Shown here: one piece after another, positions 54,630 through 63,498 of the stretch
Position numbering within the stretch: the stretch's first letter is position 1
Layout: every line of letters starts with the position of its first letter
Source: Candidatus Aenigmatarchaeota archaeon
Lineage (GTDB): Archaea; Aenigmatarchaeota; Aenigmatarchaeia; GW2011-AR5
Length of the DNA: 64,000 bases
Reading direction: 5' to 3'
Assembly: GCA_016187335.1 (NCBI GenBank)
Contig: JACPJW010000001.1
Location: forward strand, 608,001-672,000
Notes under the pieces: generated by a model
What the model was told of the DNA's origin: nothing
The model's input: the letters and a program-made list of their open reading frames with translations, nothing else
Databases searched by the model: none
Made by a program: the position numbers and the translations under genes

Positions 54630-54818
54630 TTACACCCCCTGTTTCTTGTTTAATCTTGATCTGAAGTAAGGCAAAATATACGCAAGAAAAATCAGAAAAA
54701 CTCCTGTTGTCTTGAATATTTCAGCTTGCTGGAAAGCAAGCACAAAACCCGCAACCAATAGGATAAACCCCTCCTTTGTGTGAGTCGGGCAAGCAATGCA
54801 GACGTTTTTTCTTGGCAT
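54630..54818 (-). CDS. Small 2-TM protein with CxxC-H N-terminus
   Basis: MPRKNVCIACPTH followed by two hydrophobic helices. Confidence 0.55.
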   Translation of the reverse strand: MPRKNVCIACPTHTKEGFILLVAGFVLAFQQAEIFKTTGVFLIFLAYILPYFRSRLNKKQGV

Positions 54819-54893
54819 CAGCTATAGATTTTTCTTTATAGAAAAAGCCGCATTCGCTGCATTGAAAAAGCTTGTTTTGCATTTGAAATCACT

Positions 54894-55883
54894 TCATTTT
54901 TTAATATTCTCAGTAACGAGTACCTCGTCGTTGCAAGGGCATACGAACTCGTTTTCGTTCACATACCTGTACGCGGAATAAACCCCGACTACTGATTCTC
55001 CCACGCCTGTGATTGCCTGCTTGAATTCCGTGTCGCCGACATCGCCGGCTGCAAAGACCCCTGGCAAGTTCGTCTGCGCTTTCCTGTCTATAATTATTTC
55101 GCCTTTCGAGTTTGTTTTTATGCCGATTGATTGTGCAAGCTGGTTGTTGGGCAACATACCTATCTCCACGAAGACGGCGTCCGTAACGAATTTTTTGCTG
55201 CCTTTGTATTCCTTGTCCAGCGTCAGATATTCAACTTTTCCTGCACCGTGAATTTCTTTCACATTAGTATTGTTGATTATTTCTATTTTACCTTCGGCGA
55301 TTTTCTGCTCCACACGCTTCATGTTCACGGGCTCCGCCCTTATCTTCTCGCCGCGGTAGATTATGTAAACTTTCTTTGCATATTGGGTTAGCAGAAGAGA
55401 TTCCTTCGCAGCGCTGTCACTCCCGCCCACAACGGCAACAATTTTATTCTTATAAATCGGCCCGTCGCACAAGGCGCAGGAATGCACGCCTTTGTTGGAA
55501 AGTTCTTTTTCGCCCGGCACCCCAAGCTCGCGGTGCTTCGCGCCCGTAGCAAACAATATAGTCTTTGTATGGAAACTTTGGTTTTCCGTAAAAACATTGT
55601 AACAAGTTTCGCTGCATTTCTTTACGCTTATGGCCTTTTCTTCCACAAGCTTTATTTCGTACTCCATTGCGTGCTCCTGGATTCTGTCCGCAAGTTCCTG
55701 TCCCGTAAGCCTCTTGAACCCTGGATAATTCTCTACAACATCGGTAAGTATGATTGTGCCGCCGTTCGTTTCCGACAGAACCAAGGTTTTCATGCCAAGC
55801 CTGCCTGCGTACATAGCTCCGGCGAATCCTACAACACCGCCGCCTATGATTATTATGTCGTACGTTATGTGTTCGTGTTCCAT
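54894..55883 (-). CDS. trxB: Thioredoxin reductase
   Basis: GGGVVG, CALCDG, GGSDSA, FAAGD. Confidence 0.93.
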   Translation of the reverse strand: MEHEHITYDIIIIGGGVVGFAGAMYAGRLGMKTLVLSETNGGTIILTDVVENYPGFKRLTGQELADRIQEHAMEYEIKLVEEKAISVKKCSETCYNVFTENQSFHTKTILFATGAKHRELGVPGEKELSNKGVHSCALCDGPIYKNKIVAVVGGSDSAAKESLLLTQYAKKVYIIYRGEKIRAEPVNMKRVEQKIAEGKIEIINNTNVKEIHGAGKVEYLTLDKEYKGSKKFVTDAVFVEIGMLPNNQLAQSIGIKTNSKGEIIIDRKAQTNLPGVFAAGDVGDTEFKQAITGVGESVVGVYSAYRYVNENEFVCPCNDEVLVTENIKK

Positions 55884-55909
55884 GGAATCCCTTCTTCAAT
55901 TTTTTGGCT

Positions 55910-56164
55910 TTACGAAGCTTTTACCATGCTTTTAAGTGCCTTTTCCAGCGCAGGCCTGTCAAAGCCGACAATTATTTTCCCGTCAATATCAATGACAGGG
56001 ACGCCCATCTGTCCTGATTTCTTGGTCATTTCCTCGGCGGCTTTCTCGTCATTTTCCACGTTAATTTCTTCATACTTCACATTATTCTTCTTGAAGAAGT
56101 CTTTTGCCATCTTGCAGTAAGGGCAGTATGTAGTTGTGTAGATTTTTACTGTCATCTTTATCAC
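55910..56164 (-). CDS. Glutaredoxin/NrdH-like redoxin, second copy
   Basis: CPYC; near-identical to 50631-50867. Confidence 0.92.
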   Translation of the reverse strand: MIKMTVKIYTTTYCPYCKMAKDFFKKNNVKYEEINVENDEKAAEEMTKKSGQMGVPVIDIDGKIIVGFDRPALEKALKSMVKAS

Positions 56165-56348
56165 CTAATTAAAATCATTTGAAGGGATTATAAAACCTAT
56201 ATTTTATTATTAAATCTTGAATTTAACTATATTTTGCAGGCTATTCTAGAATCAAAAAATCCGTTAGAAGGAAATAGAAAGACTTAACAATCAAGTACGA
56301 AGGAGTAAAATAAAAAAGAAAAAATTCCGCTTAACAATATAGGCATAC

Positions 56349-56405
56349 TTAACAGTATGCGCAATGCTGCGTTGATTTGGTTTCCTGCTTGGTTTTCTTT
56401 TTCAT
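56349..56405 (-). CDS. 18-aa micropeptide MKKKTKQETKSTQHCAYC
   Basis: GCGGTGA RBS; same length and C-terminal CxYC as 34355-34411. Confidence 0.55.
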   Translation of the reverse strand: MKKKTKQETKSTQHCAYC

Positions 56406-56623
56406 TCTTATCACCGCATACATTTTGTATTATCACTCAAATGAAGACTATATTGATGTGTAAAAACTTGGTTTTAATTGGAAAATCTTTATCGCAGCGA
56501 ACCGATTCCAGTTTTCCGGAATTTTTCATTGAATAAATACAGGAATTAAATAGTTAAATCTAAAATTTAATTATTCAATAGAATTTTAAAGTAGTATTCT
56601 GGCCAATTCTACTTGGTGATTTT

Positions 56624-57112
56624 ATGAAAAGGATTCTTGTAACAGGTGCGGCTGGACAGATAGGCTCGGAGCTTATACCTGCTCTAAGGGAAAGGTACGG
56701 GAATGAAAGTGTTGTGGCCAGCGTATATGAAAAAGATTTGGGATCTCTCTTAAGGTCCTATGAAATTGATCCTGAAGAGTATCGTGCATTCAGGGATGTG
56801 CTAGAAACGTCACCCCTTGAAGATTTAGATCTTACTTTGGTTGATCGCAATGAGCATTTGGGTTATGCTGATCCTGGTTTCGGAGACGCACCGAATATAA
56901 GATTCAGAGCAAGATATCCAAGGGAACTGGGAGATATAACAACTGTGGTAGAATTACTTAACAAAAGAACAGGGCTAACTTTTGTAAATCCAACTATATG
57001 GCCTAATCGAGACGGAATAGGAACTGTAGATTATCGTTTTCGTGATGGAAGGAATACGGCCAGACTGATTTTAATTCCGTATTCTGCTGAAAATTCTGAT
57101 GAAACGAGGTGA
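56624..57112 (+). CDS. Chimeric protein: SDR threonine dehydrogenase N-terminus plus unknown domain
   Basis: ILVTGAAGQIGSELIPALRERYG..VVAS, then unrelated sequence. Confidence 0.55.
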   Translation: MKRILVTGAAGQIGSELIPALRERYGNESVVASVYEKDLGSLLRSYEIDPEEYRAFRDVLETSPLEDLDLTLVDRNEHLGYADPGFGDAPNIRFRARYPRELGDITTVVELLNKRTGLTFVNPTIWPNRDGIGTVDYRFRDGRNTARLILIPYSAENSDETR

Positions 57113-58050
57113 GAAAAATGAGAAGAATTCTTGTAACCGGTGCAGCTGGTGCGATTGGTCGTAATTTATTACGGGGCCTTTATGCATTTCATAGGCCTCA
57201 AGATGTTGTTGCAGGTTATAACAAAACCCCATTAACTGGACTTCCAGAAGATGGTTTATCAGTCCAGGTTGATGTAACTGATAAAGAAAGACTGGGATTA
57301 GTTGTTGAGAAGTACGATGTAGGTGATGTGTACCATCTTTCTGCACTTTTATCAATTGCAGCTGAAAAGAATCCGGAACTCGCTAGACGCGTGAACATGG
57401 GCGGCCTAACAAATGTTCTTGATTTAGCTAAAGACTATGATTTGAGGGTATTTTGGCCCAGCTCTATTGCAGTCTTTGGCTCAACTGCGCCAAAATATAA
57501 CACTCCGCAGGATGCCCCGCTTGATCCGGAATTCGAATATGGCAGGAATAAGGTAGCAGGGGAGAGGCTTCTTCAACAATATTTTAATGAATTTGGAGTG
57601 GACGCAAGAAGCGTACGATACGGAGGGCTTCTGGGACCCGGAAAACCAGGACCCGGAACAACTGAGTATGCAATAGAAATGATTTATGCGGCGGTTAAGG
57701 GAGAACCATATGCATCTCCTTTAGGACCTGGTACTGCACTGCCAATGACGGATATGCGTGATGCAGTAAGGGCTGCAATAGAAATCATGGCAGCACCAAA
57801 GGAAAGAATAAAGATAAGGACAAGCTACAATCTTTCAGCAATGAGTTTTACACCAGAACAGTTAGCAGATGAAATTAGAAAATATATTCCTGGGTTTGAG
57901 TTGCGATTCAAAATAGACGAACTAAAACAAAGGGTTGCTAATTCATGGCCATATACTATTGGTGATTCTTTTGCACGCGAGCACTGGGGTTGGGTGCATA
58001 GCTATGGATTGCCAGAAACGGTCGGATACATGATTAATGAAATAAGATAA
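57109..58050 (+). CDS. tdh: NAD-dependent epimerase-type (SDR) L-threonine 3-dehydrogenase-like protein
   Basis: TGAAGAIG, YHLSALLS, PSSIAVFG, YGRNK, GTTEYA. Confidence 0.75.
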   Translation: MRKMRRILVTGAAGAIGRNLLRGLYAFHRPQDVVAGYNKTPLTGLPEDGLSVQVDVTDKERLGLVVEKYDVGDVYHLSALLSIAAEKNPELARRVNMGGLTNVLDLAKDYDLRVFWPSSIAVFGSTAPKYNTPQDAPLDPEFEYGRNKVAGERLLQQYFNEFGVDARSVRYGGLLGPGKPGPGTTEYAIEMIYAAVKGEPYASPLGPGTALPMTDMRDAVRAAIEIMAAPKERIKIRTSYNLSAMSFTPEQLADEIRKYIPGFELRFKIDELKQRVANSWPYTIGDSFAREHWGWVHSYGLPETVGYMINEIR

Positions 58051-58065
58051 GAGACTGCTATTTGA

Positions 58066-58155
58066 ACTTTCAAAAATATAGCAAGAAAAGATTGGGGATG
58101 GAAACCGGATTGGAATAGAGAGAAAATGTCGGACGATATATGCTGGAAAATCTAG
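58066..58155 (+). pseudogene. Orphan C-terminal fragment of an SDR Tdh paralog
   Basis: ARKDWGWKPDWNREKMSDDI, no start codon; parallels AREHWGW in the preceding gene. Confidence 0.55.
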
Positions 58156-58201
58156 GCAGAAAGCCCGCGAAAATTGAGATGGGAACAAAGAGGTGATGGC
58201 A

Positions 58202-58330
58202 ATGGCAAAAGTATGTCCTATGGAAGGCTGCAAAGAGCACGAAGGGATGTGCATTCATGACAAGATGATGGTTGCTGTAGGAGTAATTATAGTGTTATTG
58301 ATAATTGCAAGGTTCTCTGGATTGCTATAA
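58202..58330 (+). CDS. 42-aa Cys/His microprotein with C-terminal TM
   Basis: GAGGTGA RBS; MAKVCPMEGCKEHEGMCIHDKMM... Confidence 0.65.
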   Translation: MAKVCPMEGCKEHEGMCIHDKMMVAVGVIIVLLIIARFSGLL

Positions 58331-58418
58331 TTATCCGGATAATAAATTGTAATTACAATTACAGTCGGTTTTACTCTTAAACACTAGTTATAAACACTGC
58401 ATTAGTGAAAAAATTTTT

Positions 58419-58544
58419 ATGAACTGCATTATTTGCGGAAATGCATCTAATCTGCTAGGAACAAAAGGCGGGATAACGGTTTCTTATTGCTCTCGCCATG
58501 CAATAGAATGTGTAAAAGCAGAAGCATCATGCATATGTAGGTAA
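58419..58544 (+). CDS. 41-aa Cys-rich zinc-ribbon-like microprotein
   Basis: MNCIICG...YCSRH..EC...SCIC; TTATAAA upstream. Confidence 0.55.
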   Translation: MNCIICGNASNLLGTKGGITVSYCSRHAIECVKAEASCICR

Positions 58545-58593
58545 AATCGGATTTAAACCCTAATTATAAAAACTTCTAAAAGAAAACAAAATT

Positions 58594-59136
58594 ATGCTAG
58601 TTAATGCGAAATATGTCCTGCTACTTGTTTTTGTCATTTCAGCTTCGGCTTGTGTTTCTCCGTCGCAGGAACAAGTTTCTACCCAAGGTCAGGCGCAGCA
58701 GACCGACTGGCGCAACGTATCGCTGAAAGACATAAGAAACGGCTCGTCTTTCATGCTGGGCGATTTCCGCGGAAAAGTTGTGGTGATGGAATCAATGGCT
58801 GTCTGGTGCCCGCTTTGCGCTGAACAACAAAGAGAAATCCAAAAAGCCGAGCAACAGCTGAGCAATGAAGATGTCGTTTCAGTGAGCATTGACATAGACC
58901 CCAACGAAGACGAAGCAAAACTGCTTTCGTATGTGCAAAAATCAGGCTTTTCATGGCGCTTTGCCGTCGCGCCTCGCGAATTTTCGCAATCATTGAGCAA
59001 ACAGTACGGGGCGCTTGTGCTGAACCCTCCTTCGACACCTGTAATTATTATTGACAAGAACAGCGAGCCACATCCGCTGCGGTACGGGATAAAGAAGTCT
59101 GACGAGCTTGTTAATGAGATAAAGAAATACATGTAA
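58594..59136 (+). CDS. TlpA/ResA-like redoxin lipoprotein
   Basis: SASAC lipobox, WCPLC, STP. Confidence 0.88.
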   Translation: MLVNAKYVLLLVFVISASACVSPSQEQVSTQGQAQQTDWRNVSLKDIRNGSSFMLGDFRGKVVVMESMAVWCPLCAEQQREIQKAEQQLSNEDVVSVSIDIDPNEDEAKLLSYVQKSGFSWRFAVAPREFSQSLSKQYGALVLNPPSTPVIIIDKNSEPHPLRYGIKKSDELVNEIKKYM

Positions 59137-59165
59137 TAGCGGGAAGGAAGCAGCAGGTTGTCTTT

Positions 59166-59828
59166 ATGGCTTCAGAAATCATTACGGCCTTTTTCCTAGG
59201 CATGCTTGCCACGGCCGCTCCGTGCGTCCTGCCGCTTTATCCAGGCTTCCTTGCTTACCTGAGCGCAAGCGGTGGCGGAAAAGTTAAGGTGCAATATCTT
59301 GGCTTCCTCGTTTTTCTCGGCGTGCTTACGATGATGATAGTTCTTGGCTTAATTATTTCATTGCTGAGTGTTGCTGTTGGCAGCGTGATAAGCATAATCA
59401 CACCGCTTGCCGACATCATAATAATACTGATAGGAATTCTGCTTCTGATGAACAAAAATATCTTTGCATCTTTGCCGAAGACGAAAAACCCGCTGATGAA
59501 GAATCCTTATGCCAATGCTTATTCCTACGGGCTGTTATACGGCCCTGTCGCGCTGCCCTGCAGCGGCCCTTTTCTTGTAAGCATCTTCGCAATATCATTC
59601 ACAGCCGCAGATTTTTTCAGCGGCCTTTTACTGTTTTTTGTATTCGGCCTTGGATTCGGCGTGCCGCTTTTCCTTATTTCGCTGGTTGCCAAGGCCAGGC
59701 AGCAGTGGCTTATAGAAACTGTTACGAAGCATCAGGAAAAGATGAACAGGATTGCAGGATCGATTCTGATATTAGTTGGCGCTTATGATTTGTACATCAA
59801 CTGGCAGTTTCTGACGGTTTATTTATAA
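59166..59828 (+). CDS. ccdA: CcdA cytochrome c biogenesis/disulfide transporter
   Basis: APCVLPLYP, LPCSGP, FGLGFGVP. Confidence 0.9.
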   Translation: MASEIITAFFLGMLATAAPCVLPLYPGFLAYLSASGGGKVKVQYLGFLVFLGVLTMMIVLGLIISLLSVAVGSVISIITPLADIIIILIGILLLMNKNIFASLPKTKNPLMKNPYANAYSYGLLYGPVALPCSGPFLVSIFAISFTAADFFSGLLLFFVFGLGFGVPLFLISLVAKARQQWLIETVTKHQEKMNRIAGSILILVGAYDLYINWQFLTVYL

Positions 59829-60826
59829 AGCTCAGTTTCAGGATGCGCCGTGAGCCATGAAAACCAGTAAGAGCCAAAGCTGCTGATTCTTTCGCCGCTT
59901 TCATCGAATATTTTTACGCCGTTTATTTCCTTGTCCCACAAGACAGTAATTTTCATGCCGCCGACGTCGTCACTGATTTCCAATTTTTCCTTTGAGATAT
60001 TTTCAGGATAAGCTTTTGTTGTGTTGCCGACAATGACTCCATACACGATTTCTTTCGGCCCCAAACGCGTATCGCTGAAATCAACGCCGAATCCGACGAA
60101 ATCGCTTTTTGCAAAGTCAGCATACGGGTCAGCATCGTAATCTCTTCTTATTCCGGTATCTTTTGAAAGCACAAGGATGTCCGTGTGGGCTTTTTTCCAG
60201 TCCTTCCACTTCACCGCTTCCAAGTGTATTGGCTCAAGTTTTGTGCCCGCCAAAGGACCGATTATAGCCTGCCCTATGACTTGCGACCAGTACGTGTCCG
60301 TTTTGTCATCGTACATAACGAGGTTTGCGTTCCATAACTTGCCTGAAGTTCCGAAATTGTATGTAACGCCATCTATGGTTCTTTTGAACGCAATGCCCGT
60401 CCTGCAGAGCGGGCAGTACGTTATCAGAACAGGCTCTCCATTCACGTCGTCGTTTGCTATTTCATGCCAGTTTAGGATCCTGAACGGGTAAGCCTTTACG
60501 GCCCCGTTATATTCAAGCCCCAGAACCATATCGTCGTCGGAAAGCCAATCAGCTTCGCCGGCACTTGTGAATTTCGGGTTAAGCAATGCAGGTATGCCCC
60601 TGTCAAAGCCGATGCCGCCTTTCGCCGGCCCGCCTGCCAGAAGTTCTGACGGATGCACAATGTATTTCGTGCCGTCGGGCAATGTTTTCACCTCTCCGAA
60701 ATCTTGTATCGTTGCTGTTCTTGCTGCTTGCGGCGATAAAAAGCCGCCTGCCAGAAGCAAAATAATCACTAAAACAATAATCAGAGCCGCTCCTACGGAC
60801 AAATTCTGAGGCAGTTTCCTTTTCAT
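59819..60826 (-). CDS. DUF3179-family membrane-anchored protein
   Basis: IPALLNP, AYPFRILNWHEIAND, TYCPLC, FGTSGKLWNANLVMYD. Confidence 0.88.
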   Translation of the reverse strand: MKRKLPQNLSVGAALIIVLVIILLLAGGFLSPQAARTATIQDFGEVKTLPDGTKYIVHPSELLAGGPAKGGIGFDRGIPALLNPKFTSAGEADWLSDDDMVLGLEYNGAVKAYPFRILNWHEIANDDVNGEPVLITYCPLCRTGIAFKRTIDGVTYNFGTSGKLWNANLVMYDDKTDTYWSQVIGQAIIGPLAGTKLEPIHLEAVKWKDWKKAHTDILVLSKDTGIRRDYDADPYADFAKSDFVGFGVDFSDTRLGPKEIVYGVIVGNTTKAYPENISKEKLEISDDVGGMKITVLWDKEINGVKIFDESGERISSFGSYWFSWLTAHPETELYK

Positions 60827-60958
60827 TTTCTCTAAAAATAATCGGACTTATGATATTTATTGGTCATGTTTAACCCTGAAGAAGTGACTTAAATCAAAAT
60901 TTTAATAAATAAAATAGATATTTAAGCATTGCGGTCGTAATTATTATTGGTATTCGAA

Positions 60959-61591
60959 ATGAAAAACATAATTGTCGCGCCTGTAGGCAGGAACCTGGAT
61001 GCATTGTTCACCGGTCTTCGCGAATTCCCCACGGAAAAGGTTATTCTGATTGCCACTGAAAATAATCTGGAGCAGGCGAAAAAGGCAAAGCGCGAGCTGG
61101 AGCGGTTTAAGGTACCTTCATCCATAATAGAAATACGCGGCGATTTGTGGGAAGAAACGTTCAAGTTAATAGCGGACATGAAAAAAAGCACGAACAAAGA
61201 AATAATTGTAAATGTTTCGACGGGCGACGAGATCGCTCAGTGCGTTGCGCTGTCTGCCGCTTTCGTCAACGGCCTGAAGGCTTTCGGCGTGAACAAGAAC
61301 GAGGTAATGATGCTGCCCGTGCTGAAGTTTTCTTATTACCGGCTTATACCGGAAAAAAAGATGAAGATACTGCACTTCCTCAGCAATAACCGTGACTGCT
61401 GCTCGTCGTTTGAGGAAATGTCAAAGAAACTAGGCATGAGCCTGCCGCTGCTTTCTTACCACATAAACGGGAATATCAAGAGCGAAGGCCTCAAGCAGAT
61501 GGGTTTGGTTGATACACATAGCAGGAAAGGCCGGCTTGAAGTGAAATTAACAAAACTTGCAGAACTGCTTCTAAAGGGATACATCGCGTAA
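60959..61591 (+). CDS. Rossmann/CARF-like plus wHTH regulator (DUF6293/Csa3-like)
   Basis: IIVAPVG..EKVILI..VNVSTG followed by an HTH (MSLPLLSYH). Confidence 0.7.
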   Translation: MKNIIVAPVGRNLDALFTGLREFPTEKVILIATENNLEQAKKAKRELERFKVPSSIIEIRGDLWEETFKLIADMKKSTNKEIIVNVSTGDEIAQCVALSAAFVNGLKAFGVNKNEVMMLPVLKFSYYRLIPEKKMKILHFLSNNRDCCSSFEEMSKKLGMSLPLLSYHINGNIKSEGLKQMGLVDTHSRKGRLEVKLTKLAELLLKGYIA

Positions 61592-62317
61592 TTAGCTGAA
61601 ATTCTCAAAAAGCCACCTGACTATGACTTTGTCCACGTTCGTTATAGTTAGCATGTCGGTCCCGTGCGCATTGCCGTTGAAGAGCGATAATGCCTTCTTA
61701 CCGGGCGCATAGAAGTACATGTATTTGGATGAATCCGCAGAATACGCATCGCCTTCCGTTGTTATGAACAGTACGGGCGATGTGTAGTTTTTTATCGTCT
61801 CCTGCGCGTCAACCCCCCTGTAATTGAATCCCGGAGAAAGAAGAATCACGGTTCTTATATCGTCATCGCCGGCGGAGTAGTTCAGAGCAATATTCGCCCC
61901 GATGCTTGCCCCGATTACTGCAAATCTTGTCTTTCCCCTGCTTTCAAGGAATGCCTTTGCCGCGGCTACGTCTTTTTTCATGGATGCGAAATCATCCTCG
62001 GAAAAATCATTCCATGTTATTTTTGCGCCGTTCTGAACAACGCTTTCTCCATGCCCGCGCATGTCTACCGCAAGAACCGTGTAGTTCAGCTTTGACAATG
62101 CCGGGACAAGACCGTTCCAGCTTTCCTTGCTGCTGCCGAGCATATGAAGCAGGATTAAGCCCTTCTCGCTGCCCTCGTAATAATTCCCGTGGATGGCAAA
62201 GCCGTCGCCGGTGGTGAAAGAAACCGCTTCCGCTTTCTGCTGCTGGACGCAGCCCAGTGTTATCAATGAGATGAGCAATAAAAGAAATATTTTTTTCATG
62301 AAAAGGTTTGTCGGCAA
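61592..62317 (-). CDS. Alpha/beta hydrolase lipoprotein
   Basis: TLGC lipobox, LLHMLG, DMRGHG, GASIG, AHG. Confidence 0.88.
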   Translation of the reverse strand: MPTNLFMKKIFLLLLISLITLGCVQQQKAEAVSFTTGDGFAIHGNYYEGSEKGLILLHMLGSSKESWNGLVPALSKLNYTVLAVDMRGHGESVVQNGAKITWNDFSEDDFASMKKDVAAAKAFLESRGKTRFAVIGASIGANIALNYSAGDDDIRTVILLSPGFNYRGVDAQETIKNYTSPVLFITTEGDAYSADSSKYMYFYAPGKKALSLFNGNAHGTDMLTITNVDKVIVRWLFENFS

Positions 62318-62327
62318 AAGATTTTAA

Positions 62328-62783
62328 ATGCTTGGGTTCAGAGATTATAACATGAATAAAAATATCAGAAATGTTTTTTTGGTTCTTTTTGCAGCCGTCC
62401 TTGTTCTGGGATGTGTCCAGCAGAGCCAAACGCAGCAGCCTCAGGCACAGCCGAACGAGACACATGCGCCTCAGACAAGGCAGTTCAGCATGGTTATAAG
62501 CCACACGTTTTACAATCCGTCAGTGCTAACAGTCAATAAAGGCGATACTGTCGTCATTAAAGCCGTGGCAGCGCCCGGAACTGCTTCGCACCTTCACGGC
62601 ATAACCATAGACGAGTTTGATGTCAACGAGGCTGTCACCTCAGAAGACCCCAACAATCCTGTGGTAATCCAGTTTGTCGCGGACAAGGAAGGGACATTCA
62701 CTATATACTGCCAGACATGCTGGAGCGGGCCTTTCGGCCAGGGTCACCCGCCCATCAAGGCGTTTCTTGAAGTGAAGCCGTGA
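62328..62783 (+). CDS. Cupredoxin-domain lipoprotein
   Basis: VLGC lipobox, HLHG, YCQTC...GHP. Confidence 0.82.
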   Translation: MLGFRDYNMNKNIRNVFLVLFAAVLVLGCVQQSQTQQPQAQPNETHAPQTRQFSMVISHTFYNPSVLTVNKGDTVVIKAVAAPGTASHLHGITIDEFDVNEAVTSEDPNNPVVIQFVADKEGTFTIYCQTCWSGPFGQGHPPIKAFLEVKP

Positions 62784-62793
62784 AGGCGGTTCA

Positions 62794-63498
62794 ATGGAAT
62801 TCCAATTAAAACTTGATGAATACCATTACATGATTATTTTTCTTCTTGTTTCAACGGCTGTCGCAATGTACCAGGCCGGCCAATTTTATCCGCAGGTAAT
62901 CGTAATCCCTGTTATTGCTGCTGTTGCCGACTTTGCAGTGAATTATTACAAGAACAAAAGAAAAGATATCCCGTTTTCAGCCATCATATCCGGACTGATT
63001 ATTGCATCAATAATGCCGCAGCTGTCATTGCCGGTTCAGGTTATAGCCGCGCTTCTTGCCGTTGTGCAGAAGCACGTCATACGCTGGAAAGGTTCTCACA
63101 TCTTCAATCCCGCCGCCTTTTCTGTTCTGATAACATCGCTTTTGTTTTCAACAGCGCCATCATGGTGGATTGCGGTTTCCCCGGTGGTGCTGGTATTCCT
63201 CCTGACTGCGAACATGGTCCGAAGGCTCCCGATAGCAGTATCATTCTATGCGTTTCATGTCCTCCTGTCCGGCGCTTCAATCGCCGCGATGCTTGACTAC
63301 ACCGCGATATTCTTCGCGCTTGTCATGGCTGTGGAGCCTAAGACAACGCCGCTGTCGCAGAAAGGCATGGTGGTATTCGGCGCGTGGATCGCCGTTCTTT
63401 CTGCTGTCGTCCACTACACAGGCTTGAGCATTGACCCGTTCATTATCGCGCTCCTTGTCATGAACATTTTCAGGAGATACCTGAATACTATAAAGTAA
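62794..63498 (+). CDS. Short RnfD/NqrB-like membrane protein
   Basis: Polytopic; HIFNPAA and EPKTTP motifs. Confidence 0.75.
   Translation: MEFQLKLDEYHYMIIFLLVSTAVAMYQAGQFYPQVIVIPVIAAVADFAVNYYKNKRKDIPFSAIISGLIIASIMPQLSLPVQVIAALLAVVQKHVIRWKGSHIFNPAAFSVLITSLLFSTAPSWWIAVSPVVLVFLLTANMVRRLPIAVSFYAFHVLLSGASIAAMLDYTAIFFALVMAVEPKTTPLSQKGMVVFGAWIAVLSAVVHYTGLSIDPFIIALLVMNIFRRYLNTIK

Noticed and set aside
59819-60826. Selenoprotein in the DUF3179 family
   Set aside because: The motif is CPLC with ordinary Cys codons and no in-frame TGA
62794-63498. Rnf/Nqr respiratory complex
   Set aside because: Only one short D/B-like subunit is present; no other subunits are in the window
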